NCBI RefSeq assembly: GCF_021246445.1
Contig: NZ_JAJQXW010000003.1
Span: forward strand, 310,001-374,000
Direction: 5' to 3'
Length of the DNA stretch: 64,000 bases
Source: Rhabdothermincola salaria
GTDB lineage: Bacteria > Actinomycetota > Acidimicrobiia > Acidimicrobiales > Acidimicrobilacustridaceae
Part shown: one piece after another, positions 38,885 to 48,552 of the stretch
Position numbering within the stretch: the first letter of the stretch is position 1
Layout of the letters: each line of letters starts with the position of its first letter
Notes under the pieces: model-generated
What the model was told of the DNA's origin: nothing
Databases searched by the model: none
Seen by the model: only the letters and a program-made list of their open reading frames with translations
Position numbers and translations under genes: made by a program

Positions 38885-38935
38885 CTTCTTGCATGAGATC
38901 GTCGCTGCCGGCAGCGACGATCTCATGCAAGAAGC
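38885..38935. repeat. REP-like perfect 50-bp palindrome, copy 2
   Basis: CTTCTTGCATGAGATCGTCGCTGCC|GGCAGCGACGATCTCATGCAAGAAG. Confidence 0.85.
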
Positions 38936-38989
38936 AGATGGGGTGTGGCACGGTCGTGAGGTGAGCCGCCCCTCCCGACCTCCTCGTCC

Positions 38990-40687
38990 GTGAGCGACCA
39001 GGGCCCGCCGGCATCCGGAACGGAGGCCGGAACGGAGGCCGGCACGGGCGCCGCCGGCACCGACCCCGCCCCGAGGCGGGCCGTCGGTCCGGTGGGGCTC
39101 ACGTTCGTGGCCGTCGGCGGCGTGATCGGCTCGGGATGGCTCTTCGGTCCGCTGTTCGCCGCCCAGTTCGCCGGGCCGTCGTCGATCCTGGCCTGGGTGT
39201 TCGGCGGCCTCATGGTGATGATCGCGGCGCTCACCTTCGCCGAGATCGCCGCCATGTTGCCGGTCATGGGTGGCCTCGGCCGACTCCCCCAGTTCAGCCA
39301 CGGCCGCACCGTGGGCACCATGATCGGCTGGACCGCGTGGGTGGGCTACGTCACCGCCGCACCCATCGAGACCCAGGCCCTCCTCGAGTACGTGAGCAAC
39401 GAGGACGCGTTCGGCTGGCTGTTCACCGGCGACGGCTCCGACGGGCAGAACCCGCTCAGCACAGGGGGGTTGGCGGTGGCGGCGGGCCTCCTCGCCGCCT
39501 TCACGGTCGTCAACGCCTACGGGGTGCGCCTCTTCGCCCGGGTCAACACCCCGCTGACCTGGTTCAAGATCGCCGTGCCGCTGGTGGCGGCCGTCGCCCT
39601 GCTCACGCGCTTCGACGCCGACAACCTCACGAGCCAGGGCTTCGCCCCCGAAGGCGTCCGGGGCGTCATGGCCGCCATCTCCTCGGGCGGGGTGATCTTC
39701 GCCTTCCTCGGCTTCCGCCACGCCCTCGACATGGCCGGCGAGGCTCGGAGGCCGCAACGGACGGTGCCCATCGCCCTCACCGCGTCGTTGGCCATCTGCA
39801 TCGTCATCTTCGTCCTCGTCCAGCTCGGCTTCGTCGGCGCGTTGTCCGCCTCGGACCTCACCGGCGGGTGGGGCGACCTCGACATCGAAGGGGCCAACGG
39901 TCCGGTGGCCGGCGTGCTGGCGGGTCTGGGGATGGCGGTGGTGGCGAACCTGGTGCTGGCCGACGCCGTCGCCGGGCCGCTCGGCGCCGGCCTGGTGGCC
40001 TCCGCCTCCACCGCCCGGCTCAGCGTCGCCGTCAGTCGCAACGGGCTCTTCCCGCGCGCCATCCGATCGATGTCGCGCCACGGCGTGCCGCTGCGGGCCC
40101 TGGTGCTCAACACCATGGTCGGCTTCGTGATCCTGGTGGCCTTCCGGGACGGCTGGCGGGAGATCCTGACCTTCAACGCCGGCGCCATCGTGCTGTCCTT
40201 CGCGGCCGGACCGGTCACCTTGCTGGCCCTGCGCCGGCAGATCCCCGACCGGCCACGTCCGTTCCGCCTCCCGGCGGTGAACCTGGTGGCGTCGGTGGCC
40301 TTCGTGGTGGTGGGCCTCATCGTGTACTGGACCGGCTGGGACACGCTCTGGAAGCTCATGGTGCCCCTCGCCGTGGGCGCCGTGCTCTACGCCTGGCAGG
40401 TGGTGCGCCGCCCCGACGAACGGTCGCAGCTCGACCTGGCCCAGGCCTGGTGGCTCGCGCCGTACTACGGCGGCCTGCTGGCCATCTCCTACGCCGGCAA
40501 CTTCGACGGCGGCCGGGCGCTCGTGCCCTTCGGATGGGACGTGGTGCTGGTGGCCGCCTTCTCCCTGGCCGTGCTGCCCCTCGCGGTGCGGGCCCGGCTG
40601 CCCGACGACGAGGCCCGGCGCTACATCGCCGAGGACGATGACGAGCAGCCGCCCGACGATCCCCCATCGACGGCCACGGCGCGGTGA
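38990..40687 (+). CDS. APC family amino acid permease
   Basis: GGVIGSGWLF, AGPSSILAW, FAFLGF; many TM helices. Confidence 0.9.
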   Translation: MSDQGPPASGTEAGTEAGTGAAGTDPAPRRAVGPVGLTFVAVGGVIGSGWLFGPLFAAQFAGPSSILAWVFGGLMVMIAALTFAEIAAMLPVMGGLGRLPQFSHGRTVGTMIGWTAWVGYVTAAPIETQALLEYVSNEDAFGWLFTGDGSDGQNPLSTGGLAVAAGLLAAFTVVNAYGVRLFARVNTPLTWFKIAVPLVAAVALLTRFDADNLTSQGFAPEGVRGVMAAISSGGVIFAFLGFRHALDMAGEARRPQRTVPIALTASLAICIVIFVLVQLGFVGALSASDLTGGWGDLDIEGANGPVAGVLAGLGMAVVANLVLADAVAGPLGAGLVASASTARLSVAVSRNGLFPRAIRSMSRHGVPLRALVLNTMVGFVILVAFRDGWREILTFNAGAIVLSFAAGPVTLLALRRQIPDRPRPFRLPAVNLVASVAFVVVGLIVYWTGWDTLWKLMVPLAVGAVLYAWQVVRRPDERSQLDLAQAWWLAPYYGGLLAISYAGNFDGGRALVPFGWDVVLVAAFSLAVLPLAVRARLPDDEARRYIAEDDDEQPPDDPPSTATAR

Positions 40688-40697
40688 TCCCGAGGGC

Positions 40698-42179
40698 TCA
40701 ACCGGCGGTGCCGGTGGCCGACGAGGCCAGCCACTGGTCGATGGGCGCGTAGTCGTCGGTGAGCACCGGGGCGTCGTCGACGAAGGCCTCGAGGTCGGCC
40801 CCGGTGAGCACGACATCGTCGAGGCCCCGCGCCGCCACCGCGGCCTCGAGGGCCGCCACCGGGATCTCGTCGTCGCTGGCCAGCACCACCACGTTGGAGC
40901 CGCTGCGGCCCTCGATGGTGGCCGCCGGGGCGATCACGGCCACGTGGGCGAACACCTCGGCGAAGGTGGCGGCCTCGGACCGGGTGAAGCGCAACGGTGG
41001 GCGGTCGATGAGGTTGGCCACGTAGATCCCCCCGGGACGCAGCACCCGGTGGACCTCCGTCACGAACTCCTCGGTGGTGAGGTGCCAGGGTGCCGCCAGG
41101 CCGCCGAACGCGTCGCCGTACACGATGTCCTGGCTGGCGTCGGGCACCTCGAGCACCAGGCGACGCCCGTCGCCGAGGCGGACCTCGAGGTCGACGTCGG
41201 TGGGCGGCGGGAGCTGCTCGTCGACGAGGTCCACCAGGCCGTCGTCGATCTCGAGCACCACCGAGCTCGTGTCGGGGCGAGTGGCCTGCAACCAGCGGGG
41301 CATGGTGAAGGCGCCGCCGCCCACGTGCAGGGCGTCGAGGGCGGAGTCGGTGGGGAAGAAGGCGTCGGTGGCCGCCGCGAAGAGCTGCGTGTAGGCGAAC
41401 TCCAGGTGGGCGGGATCGGCTTCGTCCACGTAGCTGTGGCGCAGCGTGTCGAGCCAGAGCACCTGCCCGGTCGGGCGGTCGGGGTCGGGCGCCACCCGGG
41501 CGCAGTGGTAGGTGGTCTCCACCTCGCAGGGGTCATCGACGACGGCGCCGAGCCCGAACCCGGCCAGCACGGCCACGGCCACCGCGCCCGCCGACCCCCA
41601 GCGCAGGCGGTCGAGCAGGACCCAGGCCACCAGCCCGCCGACGATGAGCAAGCTCCCGATGACCACGATGGTCACCGAGGTGGGGGCGGCGCCGATGAGC
41701 ACGAAGCCGGCGAGGAAGGTGCCGATGATGGCGCCGGCGGTGCCCAGCGCCGAGATCCGCCCCACGATCTGGCCGGTCACGGCGAGGTCGTGCAGCTCGA
41801 GCTTGACCACCACGGGCGACACTGCGCTCAGCACGGCGGCGGTGGGGAAGAACCCGAGTCCGGAGAGCAGCAGCACCATCTCCACCTGACCGCCCCCGAC
41901 CTGGCCCACCGTGCGCACCACCGGGACCGCGACGATGGCGAGCACCCCGCCGGCCACGAGCAGCGGGCCGATGAGGCGGCGGGGATCGATCCGGTCGGCC
42001 AGGCGCCCGCCGGCCCAGGTCCCCAGGGCGATGCCGGCCAGCACCGTGCCGATGACCCCGCTGTAGGTCTCGAGCGTGTCGCCCACGTAGGGAGCGAGGA
42101 GGCGGCCGGCCAGGATCTCGAGGATCAAGATGGCGGCCGACGTGGTGAAGACCAGGAACCCGGCCACGAAAGGAGGCAT
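40698..42179 (-). CDS. Fused MFS-like/spermidine synthase-like methyltransferase
   Basis: N-terminal TM bundle (LEILAGRLLAPYVG); LHVGGG, LEID, GDAF, TTEEF, LTDDYAP. Confidence 0.85.
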   Translation of the reverse strand: MPPFVAGFLVFTTSAAILILEILAGRLLAPYVGDTLETYSGVIGTVLAGIALGTWAGGRLADRIDPRRLIGPLLVAGGVLAIVAVPVVRTVGQVGGGQVEMVLLLSGLGFFPTAAVLSAVSPVVVKLELHDLAVTGQIVGRISALGTAGAIIGTFLAGFVLIGAAPTSVTIVVIGSLLIVGGLVAWVLLDRLRWGSAGAVAVAVLAGFGLGAVVDDPCEVETTYHCARVAPDPDRPTGQVLWLDTLRHSYVDEADPAHLEFAYTQLFAAATDAFFPTDSALDALHVGGGAFTMPRWLQATRPDTSSVVLEIDDGLVDLVDEQLPPPTDVDLEVRLGDGRRLVLEVPDASQDIVYGDAFGGLAAPWHLTTEEFVTEVHRVLRPGGIYVANLIDRPPLRFTRSEAATFAEVFAHVAVIAPAATIEGRSGSNVVVLASDDEIPVAALEAAVAARGLDDVVLTGADLEAFVDDAPVLTDDYAPIDQWLASSATGTAG

Positions 42180-42270
42180 CCCACCAGGATGCAACCACCG
42201 GCCCCGGACCGCGCCATCAGGACGGCCGGCCGGTCGGGTTCCGGCCGCCTACCGCCGCGACGGGCCGGGC

Positions 42271-43590
42271 TCAGTCGCCCTCGGCGTCGCCCGGTGGATC
42301 CGGCCGCCGGGTGTCGGTTCCGGTGCCCTCTGGCTCTCGGTCGGGGCCGTGCCGGCCGTGCCCGCGACGGACCTGCTCGTCCTGCCGCTCGAGGTCGGCG
42401 GCGACCTCCATCGAGTCACGGGCCACCGCCGTCTCCCCGGAGGTGGACGGGTCGGGGCGGGGGCGCTCGTCGTCCTCGATGGGGTGCGAGGCGCCGGCGT
42501 CCGCACCCGGGGGGCGGTCGGCGACCGGGCTTCCGACGGTGACGGGCGCCGGCTGTCCGGCCAGGGAGCTGGTGAGGCCCTCGCGATGGAACGCGTTCTT
42601 GACCCGACGCTTGAGCTCGCGCTGGACGCGCCACTGGGCACCGGGCGCCGTCTTGAGCAGGAGCCGCACGGTGGCGCCCTCACGGGTCAACACGTTGACC
42701 CCCCACAGGTCCGGGGTGCCGGTGATGTCGGGCCGCCACGACTCGTCGGCCGCCAGGCGCTCGGCGATCTCGGTGATCATGCGCTCGACGGCCGTCACGT
42801 CGACGTCGAGGGACACCTGGACGTCGAGCACGGCGTAGGCGAAGTCCTGGGTGTAGTTGCCGACCCGGCGCACCTCACCGTTGGGCACGTGCCACACCGT
42901 GCCGTCGACCCCCCGCACGCGGGTGGCCCGCAGGGTGACCCGTTCGACGACCCCTTGGGCCTCGGGTCCGAGGTCCACCCAGTCCCCCACCCCGTACTGG
43001 TCCTCGATCACCAGGAAGAACCCGCTGAGGTAGTCCTGCACCATCTGCTGGGCGCCGAAGCCGAGCGCCACACCCACGATGCCCGCCCCGGCCAGCAACG
43101 GGCCCAGGTTGATCTCGATCACGTCGAGGATGGCCACGAGCGCGACGAACCACACGAACCCGGTGGTGAGCGAACGGGCCACCGCCGCCAGGGTGTTGGC
43201 CCGCGCCTGGGCTCGCAGGTTCTGCTCGTCGTCGCTCACCAGCCCGGCCGGGGCCCGGGCGCGCAGGCGGGCCAGCCGTTGGGAGTGGGCGGGTGCGCCC
43301 ATCTTGGTCACGATGCGACCGACGACGGTTCGCAACAGCCGTCCGGCGATCCAGGCCAGGGCCAGGATGATGACGATGGCGATGGGCTTGGCCAGGATCC
43401 AGTCGGCCACCCCGGCCCAGGCATCGGAACCGGTCCAGTCGTAGATCCACCGGCAGGCCCACGACGGGTCCTCGCCGCAGGCCTGGCTCGGATCGCGCAG
43501 CGACTCGAGAGCCCCTGCGGCCGGGTTCTCGGCCTCGGTGGTGGTGGTCGCCTGGGCCAGCCAGGCAGGTGGCGACGAGGTGAGGGTCAT
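42271..43590 (-). CDS. MscS family mechanosensitive channel
   Basis: LLAGAGIVGVALGFGAQ, EDQYGVGD, GTVWHVPNG. Confidence 0.9.
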   Translation of the reverse strand: MTLTSSPPAWLAQATTTTEAENPAAGALESLRDPSQACGEDPSWACRWIYDWTGSDAWAGVADWILAKPIAIVIILALAWIAGRLLRTVVGRIVTKMGAPAHSQRLARLRARAPAGLVSDDEQNLRAQARANTLAAVARSLTTGFVWFVALVAILDVIEINLGPLLAGAGIVGVALGFGAQQMVQDYLSGFFLVIEDQYGVGDWVDLGPEAQGVVERVTLRATRVRGVDGTVWHVPNGEVRRVGNYTQDFAYAVLDVQVSLDVDVTAVERMITEIAERLAADESWRPDITGTPDLWGVNVLTREGATVRLLLKTAPGAQWRVQRELKRRVKNAFHREGLTSSLAGQPAPVTVGSPVADRPPGADAGASHPIEDDERPRPDPSTSGETAVARDSMEVAADLERQDEQVRRGHGRHGPDREPEGTGTDTRRPDPPGDAEGD

Positions 43591-43631
43591 CTCGAAGGGG
43601 CGATCTGGTGGACGGGCAGGGGCGGACGCGA

Positions 43632-43659
43632 CTGGGGCCCCCGTCGCCGGGGGCCCCAG
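43632..43659 (-). terminator. Hairpin downstream of sod
   Basis: CTGGGGCCCCC-GTCGCC-GGGGGCCCCAG. Confidence 0.6.
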
Positions 43660-43675
43660 GAACGATCAGGGAGGG

Positions 43676-44257
43676 TCAGGACCCGAGGTTGGTGTTGACG
43701 AAGTCCCAGTTGATCAGGTTGTCGAGGACGGTCTCGATGAACTTCGGCCGCGCGTTGCGGTAGTCGATGTAGTAGGCGTGCTCCCAGACGTCGATGGTCC
43801 AGAGGGCCTTGGCGCCGTGCTTCATGGGCAGGTCCGCGTTGGCGGTCTTCATGATGGCGAGCTTGCCGCCGTCCTCGACCAGCCACGCCCAGCCGGAACC
43901 GAACTGGGTGAGCCCGGCCTGGGTGATGTCCTCACGGAACTTGTCGTAGCCCCCGAGGTCGCTGTCGATGCGGTCGGCCACCGCGCCGGTGGGCTGGCCA
44001 CCGCCGTTGGGCGAGAGGCTGTTCCAGAAGAAGGTGTGGTTCCAGGTCTGCGCGGCGTTGTTGAACAGCCCACCGTCGGCCTTCATGATGATGTCCTCGA
44101 GCGAGGCGTCGGCATCAGCGGTGCCGTCGACAGCCTTGTTGAGGTTGTCGACGTAGGTCTTGTGGTGCTTGCCGTAGTGGTACTCGAGCGTCTCGGCGCT
44201 GATGTGGGGCGCCAGTGCGTCCTGGGCGTAGGGCAGGGGGGGCAGCTCGAAGGCCAT
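43676..44257 (-). CDS. sodB: Fe/Mn superoxide dismutase with Fe-type signature
   Basis: MAFELPPLPY, HYGKHH, FNNAAQTWNH, FGSGW, DVWEHAYY. Confidence 0.9.
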   Translation of the reverse strand: MAFELPPLPYAQDALAPHISAETLEYHYGKHHKTYVDNLNKAVDGTADADASLEDIIMKADGGLFNNAAQTWNHTFFWNSLSPNGGGQPTGAVADRIDSDLGGYDKFREDITQAGLTQFGSGWAWLVEDGGKLAIMKTANADLPMKHGAKALWTIDVWEHAYYIDYRNARPKFIETVLDNLINWDFVNTNLGS

Positions 44258-44355
44258 GGAGAGGGTCCCTTCCTCGTGTTCGTTGACGGGCGGTGCAGGG
44301 GGGACCCTACCCGCCTGTGTGACCACGTACCCCGGCCAGCGACGGGCCGGACGCG

Positions 44356-44387
44356 ACGAGGGACGAGCGCTGGCGCTCGTCCCTCGT
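44356..44387 (-). terminator. 15-bp inverted repeat downstream of rpf
   Basis: ACGAGGGACGAGCGC-TG-GCGCTCGTCCCTCGT. Confidence 0.6.
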
Positions 44388-44427
44388 GGTGGTCAGGCAG
44401 GGGGGAGACCCCCCGTGGGCGACTGGG

Positions 44428-45162
44428 TCAGCGCAACCCGGCGCGCGCCGAGCACGCCGGCCAGGCACCCCAGCCCTGGCGGGCGAGGAGGCGCTCGGCC
44501 GCGGCGATCTGCTGCGCACGGCTGGCCTGGTGGGGCATGGCGGCGTACTGGGTGCCGCCGACGTACTGCCAGCTCTGCTGGGTGAACTGCAGGCCACCGT
44601 AGAAGCCGTTGCCCGAGTTCATGGACCAGTTGCCCGAGCTCTCGCACTGGGCGATGGTGTCCCAGACGCTGCCGCCGCTCACGGACGGAGCGCCGGCCGA
44701 CGACTGGCGTGCCGCCTGCTGACGGGCCTGCTCGGCCTGGCGGGCCTCCTCGGCGCGGCGGGCGGCCTCGGCCGCGGCCCGCTGCTCGGCGGCCTCGGCC
44801 TCGGCGAGGTAGGTGCCGGTGACGTAGCGCTGCAGGTCGTCCATGGCGTACCAGGACAGGTCGAACTGCTGCTCGGGGGTCATGGCGGCGATGGCGGTGA
44901 GGCTGGCCTCGAGCTCAGCGGCTTCGGCCGCCGCTGCGGCCTCGGCGGCGACGTAGACGTAGACGTCGACGGCGACGTCGCGCTGGGCCACGACGGTGTC
45001 GGTCACGAGGTCGGCGACGACGGTGTCGGCGGGAGCGGTCGCGGCCGCGTCGACGGTGTCGTCGGTCCGCTCGAGGGCGAAGGCCGGCAAGGCGACGGCG
45101 GCGGTGAGGGCGACGGCGCCCACGGCGGCCAGCCTGCGGGGACGGCGGAGGGTGGAAGTCAT
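44428..45162 (-). CDS. Resuscitation-promoting factor (Rpf)-domain secreted transglycosylase
   Basis: Signal peptide, Ala/Glu-rich coiled coil, VWDTIAQCESSGNWSMNSGNGFYGGLQF, QGWGAWPAC. Confidence 0.92.
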   Translation of the reverse strand: MTSTLRRPRRLAAVGAVALTAAVALPAFALERTDDTVDAAATAPADTVVADLVTDTVVAQRDVAVDVYVYVAAEAAAAAEAAELEASLTAIAAMTPEQQFDLSWYAMDDLQRYVTGTYLAEAEAAEQRAAAEAARRAEEARQAEQARQQAARQSSAGAPSVSGGSVWDTIAQCESSGNWSMNSGNGFYGGLQFTQQSWQYVGGTQYAAMPHQASRAQQIAAAERLLARQGWGAWPACSARAGLR

Positions 45163-45452
45163 GTGCGGGGGGAACTCCTTTGAGCGCCGACGGTCGGCGC
45201 AATGCAACAAACAGCTGCGTACTCTGCTGGCTTTGTCACCGAAATGCAACATTCACCGCAACATTCGTGACATGACGTCCGGCACGTGCCCACAGCCGCG
45301 CCCGACGCCCCCGCGGACCCATCCCCCGGGCCGACGTCCGCCCCGACGAGCTGACCCCACGCTCCGCGGTCGACCTGAGGAGCTCTCACCGGGAGGTTCG
45401 CGCGCTCGGTGAGCACTACGGCGTCGGCTCCGGCAACCCGCCGAACCCCGCC

Positions 45453-46481
45453 TCAGTCCCCCAGGAGGACTCCCGCGGCGACCCACCCGGAGCGGGCCGC
45501 GCCCCCCACCAGAGGACCGTCGAAGATGTCGCCGGCGAGCACCGCCGGCGGCAGATCGCGCAGGACCCGGAACGGTTCGGGGACCACGGCGACGGGCCGG
45601 GCGTAGCGCCACCGCTGGACCTGCACCGCCTCGGGCCGGGGCTCGGCGATCAGTCGGGGCAGGGCGCCGAGGAGGGTGGACACCACCACGTCGTCGGGAG
45701 CGTCCCACAGCTCCGCGCTGGCGTGGGGTCCGGCGTGGACCGTCAGGGCGGGGACCCTGGAGATGCCCTTCAGCTGGTTGTCGGTGACGACCTCGATGGG
45801 CTCGCCCGCCGGACGCAGGATGCCCGGCGCGGGGAGGCCCGAAGGCCCGTCGAGCACCGCCAACAGCGCCAGGCAGGGGTGGTAGGCCGCCTCTCCCAGG
45901 ACGTCCGCATCAGCGGCATGCAGGACCACCCCGCCGGCCTGGAGCACGGCCAGCGTCTGAGGGACCGGCGGCGTGAGCACCACCTGTCGGGCCCGAGCGG
46001 CGAGACCGTCCTCGGTCTCGACCGACCACGCCTGGATGCCGTTCGCCTCGATCACGCGCAGCGCCGTGACCCGGGCGGAGGTGCGCACCGCGACCGGGTC
46101 GAGGAGGTGCTTGGCCACCGAGGTCATGCCGTCGCGACCTCGCCAGCGAGGGTGTCCGTCGGCGGCTCGTCCGCCCGTCGGGAGGAGCCGGCCCTCGAAC
46201 CAGGGCACGACGACGCCGGCGCGCTGCCAGTCGTCGACCATGGCCGTGAGGAGCTCGCCCGGCGCGGTGAAGAACTGCGCGCCGTGGTCGAGGGTGGCCT
46301 CACCCAGGCGACGGGTCGCCATGCGACCACCCACGCCGCGCGCCTTGTCGAGGACGAGCACCCGGGCGCCGGCGTCGTGGAGCCGGCGGGCGGCCACCGC
46401 GCCGGCGATGCCCGCACCGACCACGATGACGTCGGCCGGCGCCTCTCCCGCCGCGTGGGCCGAGGACGCCTCCGGGGTCAC
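45453..46481 (-). CDS. Renalase-like NAD(P)/FAD-dependent oxidoreductase
   Basis: [33 protein letters not shown]. Confidence 0.88.
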   Translation of the reverse strand: MTPEASSAHAAGEAPADVIVVGAGIAGAVAARRLHDAGARVLVLDKARGVGGRMATRRLGEATLDHGAQFFTAPGELLTAMVDDWQRAGVVVPWFEGRLLPTGGRAADGHPRWRGRDGMTSVAKHLLDPVAVRTSARVTALRVIEANGIQAWSVETEDGLAARARQVVLTPPVPQTLAVLQAGGVVLHAADADVLGEAAYHPCLALLAVLDGPSGLPAPGILRPAGEPIEVVTDNQLKGISRVPALTVHAGPHASAELWDAPDDVVVSTLLGALPRLIAEPRPEAVQVQRWRYARPVAVVPEPFRVLRDLPPAVLAGDIFDGPLVGGAARSGWVAAGVLLGD

Positions 46482-47131
46482 TCGGCGGAGGCCACGCCCA
46501 CCGGGCACGACAGACCCGTGCCGCCGAGCCCGCAGTACCCGTTGGGCACCTTGTGCAGGTACTGCTGGTGGTAGTCCTCGGCATAGTAGAAGGGCCCCGC
46601 CGCGGCGATCTCGGTGGTGATGCCGTCGAAGTGGGCGGCGTCGAGCACGGCGCCGAAGCGCTCACGGCTGGCGAGGGCGGCCGTCATCTGGTCGTCGCCG
46701 GTGGTGTAGACGGCTGAGCGGTACTGGGTGCCCACGTCGTTGCCCTGACGGAACCCCTGGGTGGGGTCGTGGCCCTCCCAGAACACCTTGAGCAGCGTGT
46801 CGAAGCTCACCACGGCCGGGTCGAACACGACGAGCACGGCCTCGGTGTGGCCGGTGCCGCCCGAGCACACCTCTTCGTAGGTGGGGTTGGGCGTGAAGCC
46901 ACCGGCGTAGCCGACGGCGGTGGTGTACACCCCGTCGAGCTCCCAGAAGAGCCGTTCGGCCCCCCAGAAGCACCCCAACCCGAACTGCACCTGCTCGAGG
47001 CCATCGGGGAACGGCGGTGCGAGCGGTGTCCCCAGCACGGCATGGCGCTCCGGGACCGCCATCGGCGTGTCCCGTCCTGGCAGAGCCGTCTCGGCGGTCG
47101 GCATCTCTGGACGCTTCAACCCGAAGAACAT
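46478..47131 (-). CDS. msrA: Peptide-methionine (S)-S-oxide reductase
   Basis: [31 protein letters not shown]. Confidence 0.96.
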   Translation of the reverse strand: MFFGLKRPEMPTAETALPGRDTPMAVPERHAVLGTPLAPPFPDGLEQVQFGLGCFWGAERLFWELDGVYTTAVGYAGGFTPNPTYEEVCSGGTGHTEAVLVVFDPAVVSFDTLLKVFWEGHDPTQGFRQGNDVGTQYRSAVYTTGDDQMTAALASRERFGAVLDAAHFDGITTEIAAAGPFYYAEDYHQQYLHKVPNGYCGLGGTGLSCPVGVASAE

Positions 47132-47219
47132 GGGAACAACGCTACCGGGACGACCCGTCGAGCAACGGGCCGGGCCGCGGGTCGGTGCCCGGAGGACCGT
47201 CGTGCCTACGCTGCGGTGC

Positions 47220-48392
47220 GTGCGCATCGACACGGTGGAACTGCGGGTGGTGGCCCTGCCGATGCCCAGCCCCTTCGAGAGCGCCCACGGCACCGTCGGC
47301 GAGCGGTCGCTCGTGCTCGTGAGGGTGGTGGGCCCGGAAGGGGAGGGCTGGGGCGAGTGCGGGGCTCTCCCGAGGCCCACCTACACCGACGAGTTCGTCG
47401 ACCAGGCGGTGCTTGTCCTGCGTGACCACCTCGCCCCACGCCTGCTCGACGCCGCTCGCTCCGGGGGAGTCGCCGGCAGCGACGTCGACGCCATCCTGTC
47501 CGACGTGGTCGGGCACCCCATGGCCAAGGCGGCGCTGGAGCTCGCCGTGCTCGACGCCGAGGGGCGCCGCGACGGCCGGGCCCTGGTCGACCGCCTCGTG
47601 GCCGACCGCACCCTCGCTCGCCCGGAGGTCAGCGGTGGTGTCGCCGTGGGGCTTCACGACACCACCGCGGCGCTGGTCGACGAGGTCGTCGCCCACGTCG
47701 GGGCGGGCTACGGCCGCGTGAAGCTGAAGATCGCCCCGGGGCGCGACGAGGAGCGGGTGCGGGCCGTCCGCGACGCGGTGAACGATGCCCTGGAGCTCGT
47801 CGTCGACGCCAACGGTGCGTACCGCCTCGACGGGGCACCCGGCGACGTCGACGACGCCCGGGGCCTCACCTGGCTGGCCGACTACGGCGTCGGGCACGTG
47901 GAGCAACCCCTGGCCGCCGACGATCTGCTCGGCCACGCCGCCCTGGCCCAGCAGCTGGACACCCCGATCTGCCTGGACGAGTCGCTCACCACGGAGCGGG
48001 CCACCCGCGACGCGCTCGAGCTCGGGGCCTGCTCGGTCGTGTGCGTGAAGGCCCCCCGCTACGGGAGCTGGTTGGCCGCGGCCCGGGTCCTGGACCGGTG
48101 CGAGGCGGCCGGGGTGCCCGCCTGGGTGGGCGGCATGCTCGACGGTGGCCTCGGCCGGGCCGCCAACCTGGCGCTGGCCGCCCACCCCGCCGCCACGGTG
48201 ACGGGCGACATCTCGGGCACGGCCCGCTTCTTCACCGACGACGTGACCCCCTTCCTCGAGCCCCTCGCCCGGACTCGGGGTGGTCACCTGCGCTTCTCGG
48301 TGCCGTCCGCACCGGGGATCGGCGCGTCGGTCGATCCGGCGGCGTTGGCGCGCCTCACCCGCCACCACGAGATCGTGGCGTCCTTCGCCTGA
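47220..48392 (+). CDS. o-succinylbenzoate synthase / N-acylamino acid racemase (enolase superfamily)
   Basis: GWGEC, KLK, DAN, EQP, LDES, WVGGML. Confidence 0.85.
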   Translation: MRIDTVELRVVALPMPSPFESAHGTVGERSLVLVRVVGPEGEGWGECGALPRPTYTDEFVDQAVLVLRDHLAPRLLDAARSGGVAGSDVDAILSDVVGHPMAKAALELAVLDAEGRRDGRALVDRLVADRTLARPEVSGGVAVGLHDTTAALVDEVVAHVGAGYGRVKLKIAPGRDEERVRAVRDAVNDALELVVDANGAYRLDGAPGDVDDARGLTWLADYGVGHVEQPLAADDLLGHAALAQQLDTPICLDESLTTERATRDALELGACSVVCVKAPRYGSWLAAARVLDRCEAAGVPAWVGGMLDGGLGRAANLALAAHPAATVTGDISGTARFFTDDVTPFLEPLARTRGGHLRFSVPSAPGIGASVDPAALARLTRHHEIVASFA

Positions 48393-48487
48393 GCGGCTCC
48401 CCTGCTCCGGTGGTCGGTGAGGCCCGAGCGCCGGGTCCGCCCCGTCAGGGATCGCGCCTCCGGCGCGGCGTGGACCGCCGGACGCGG

Positions 48488-48516
48488 GTGGGCCCCGGCG
48501 TCGCGCCGGGGCCCAC
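48488..48516. terminator. 13-bp stem between convergent genes
   Basis: GTGGGCCCCGGCG-TCG-CGCCGGGGCCCAC. Confidence 0.6.
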
Positions 48517-48552
48517 GTTCGTTCTCGGGTCCGGACCCGGAAGGTCAGGCGC

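Noticed and set aside
35484..39014. 1176-aa minus-strand ORF and many similar long shadow ORFs
   Set aside because: Antisense to valS or other clear genes; expected in high-GC DNA and without recognisable motifs.
45163..45452. c-di-AMP (ydaO) riboswitch, as found upstream of Streptomyces rpfA
   Set aside because: I could not find the conserved motifs on the coding strand; an Infernal search would be decisive.
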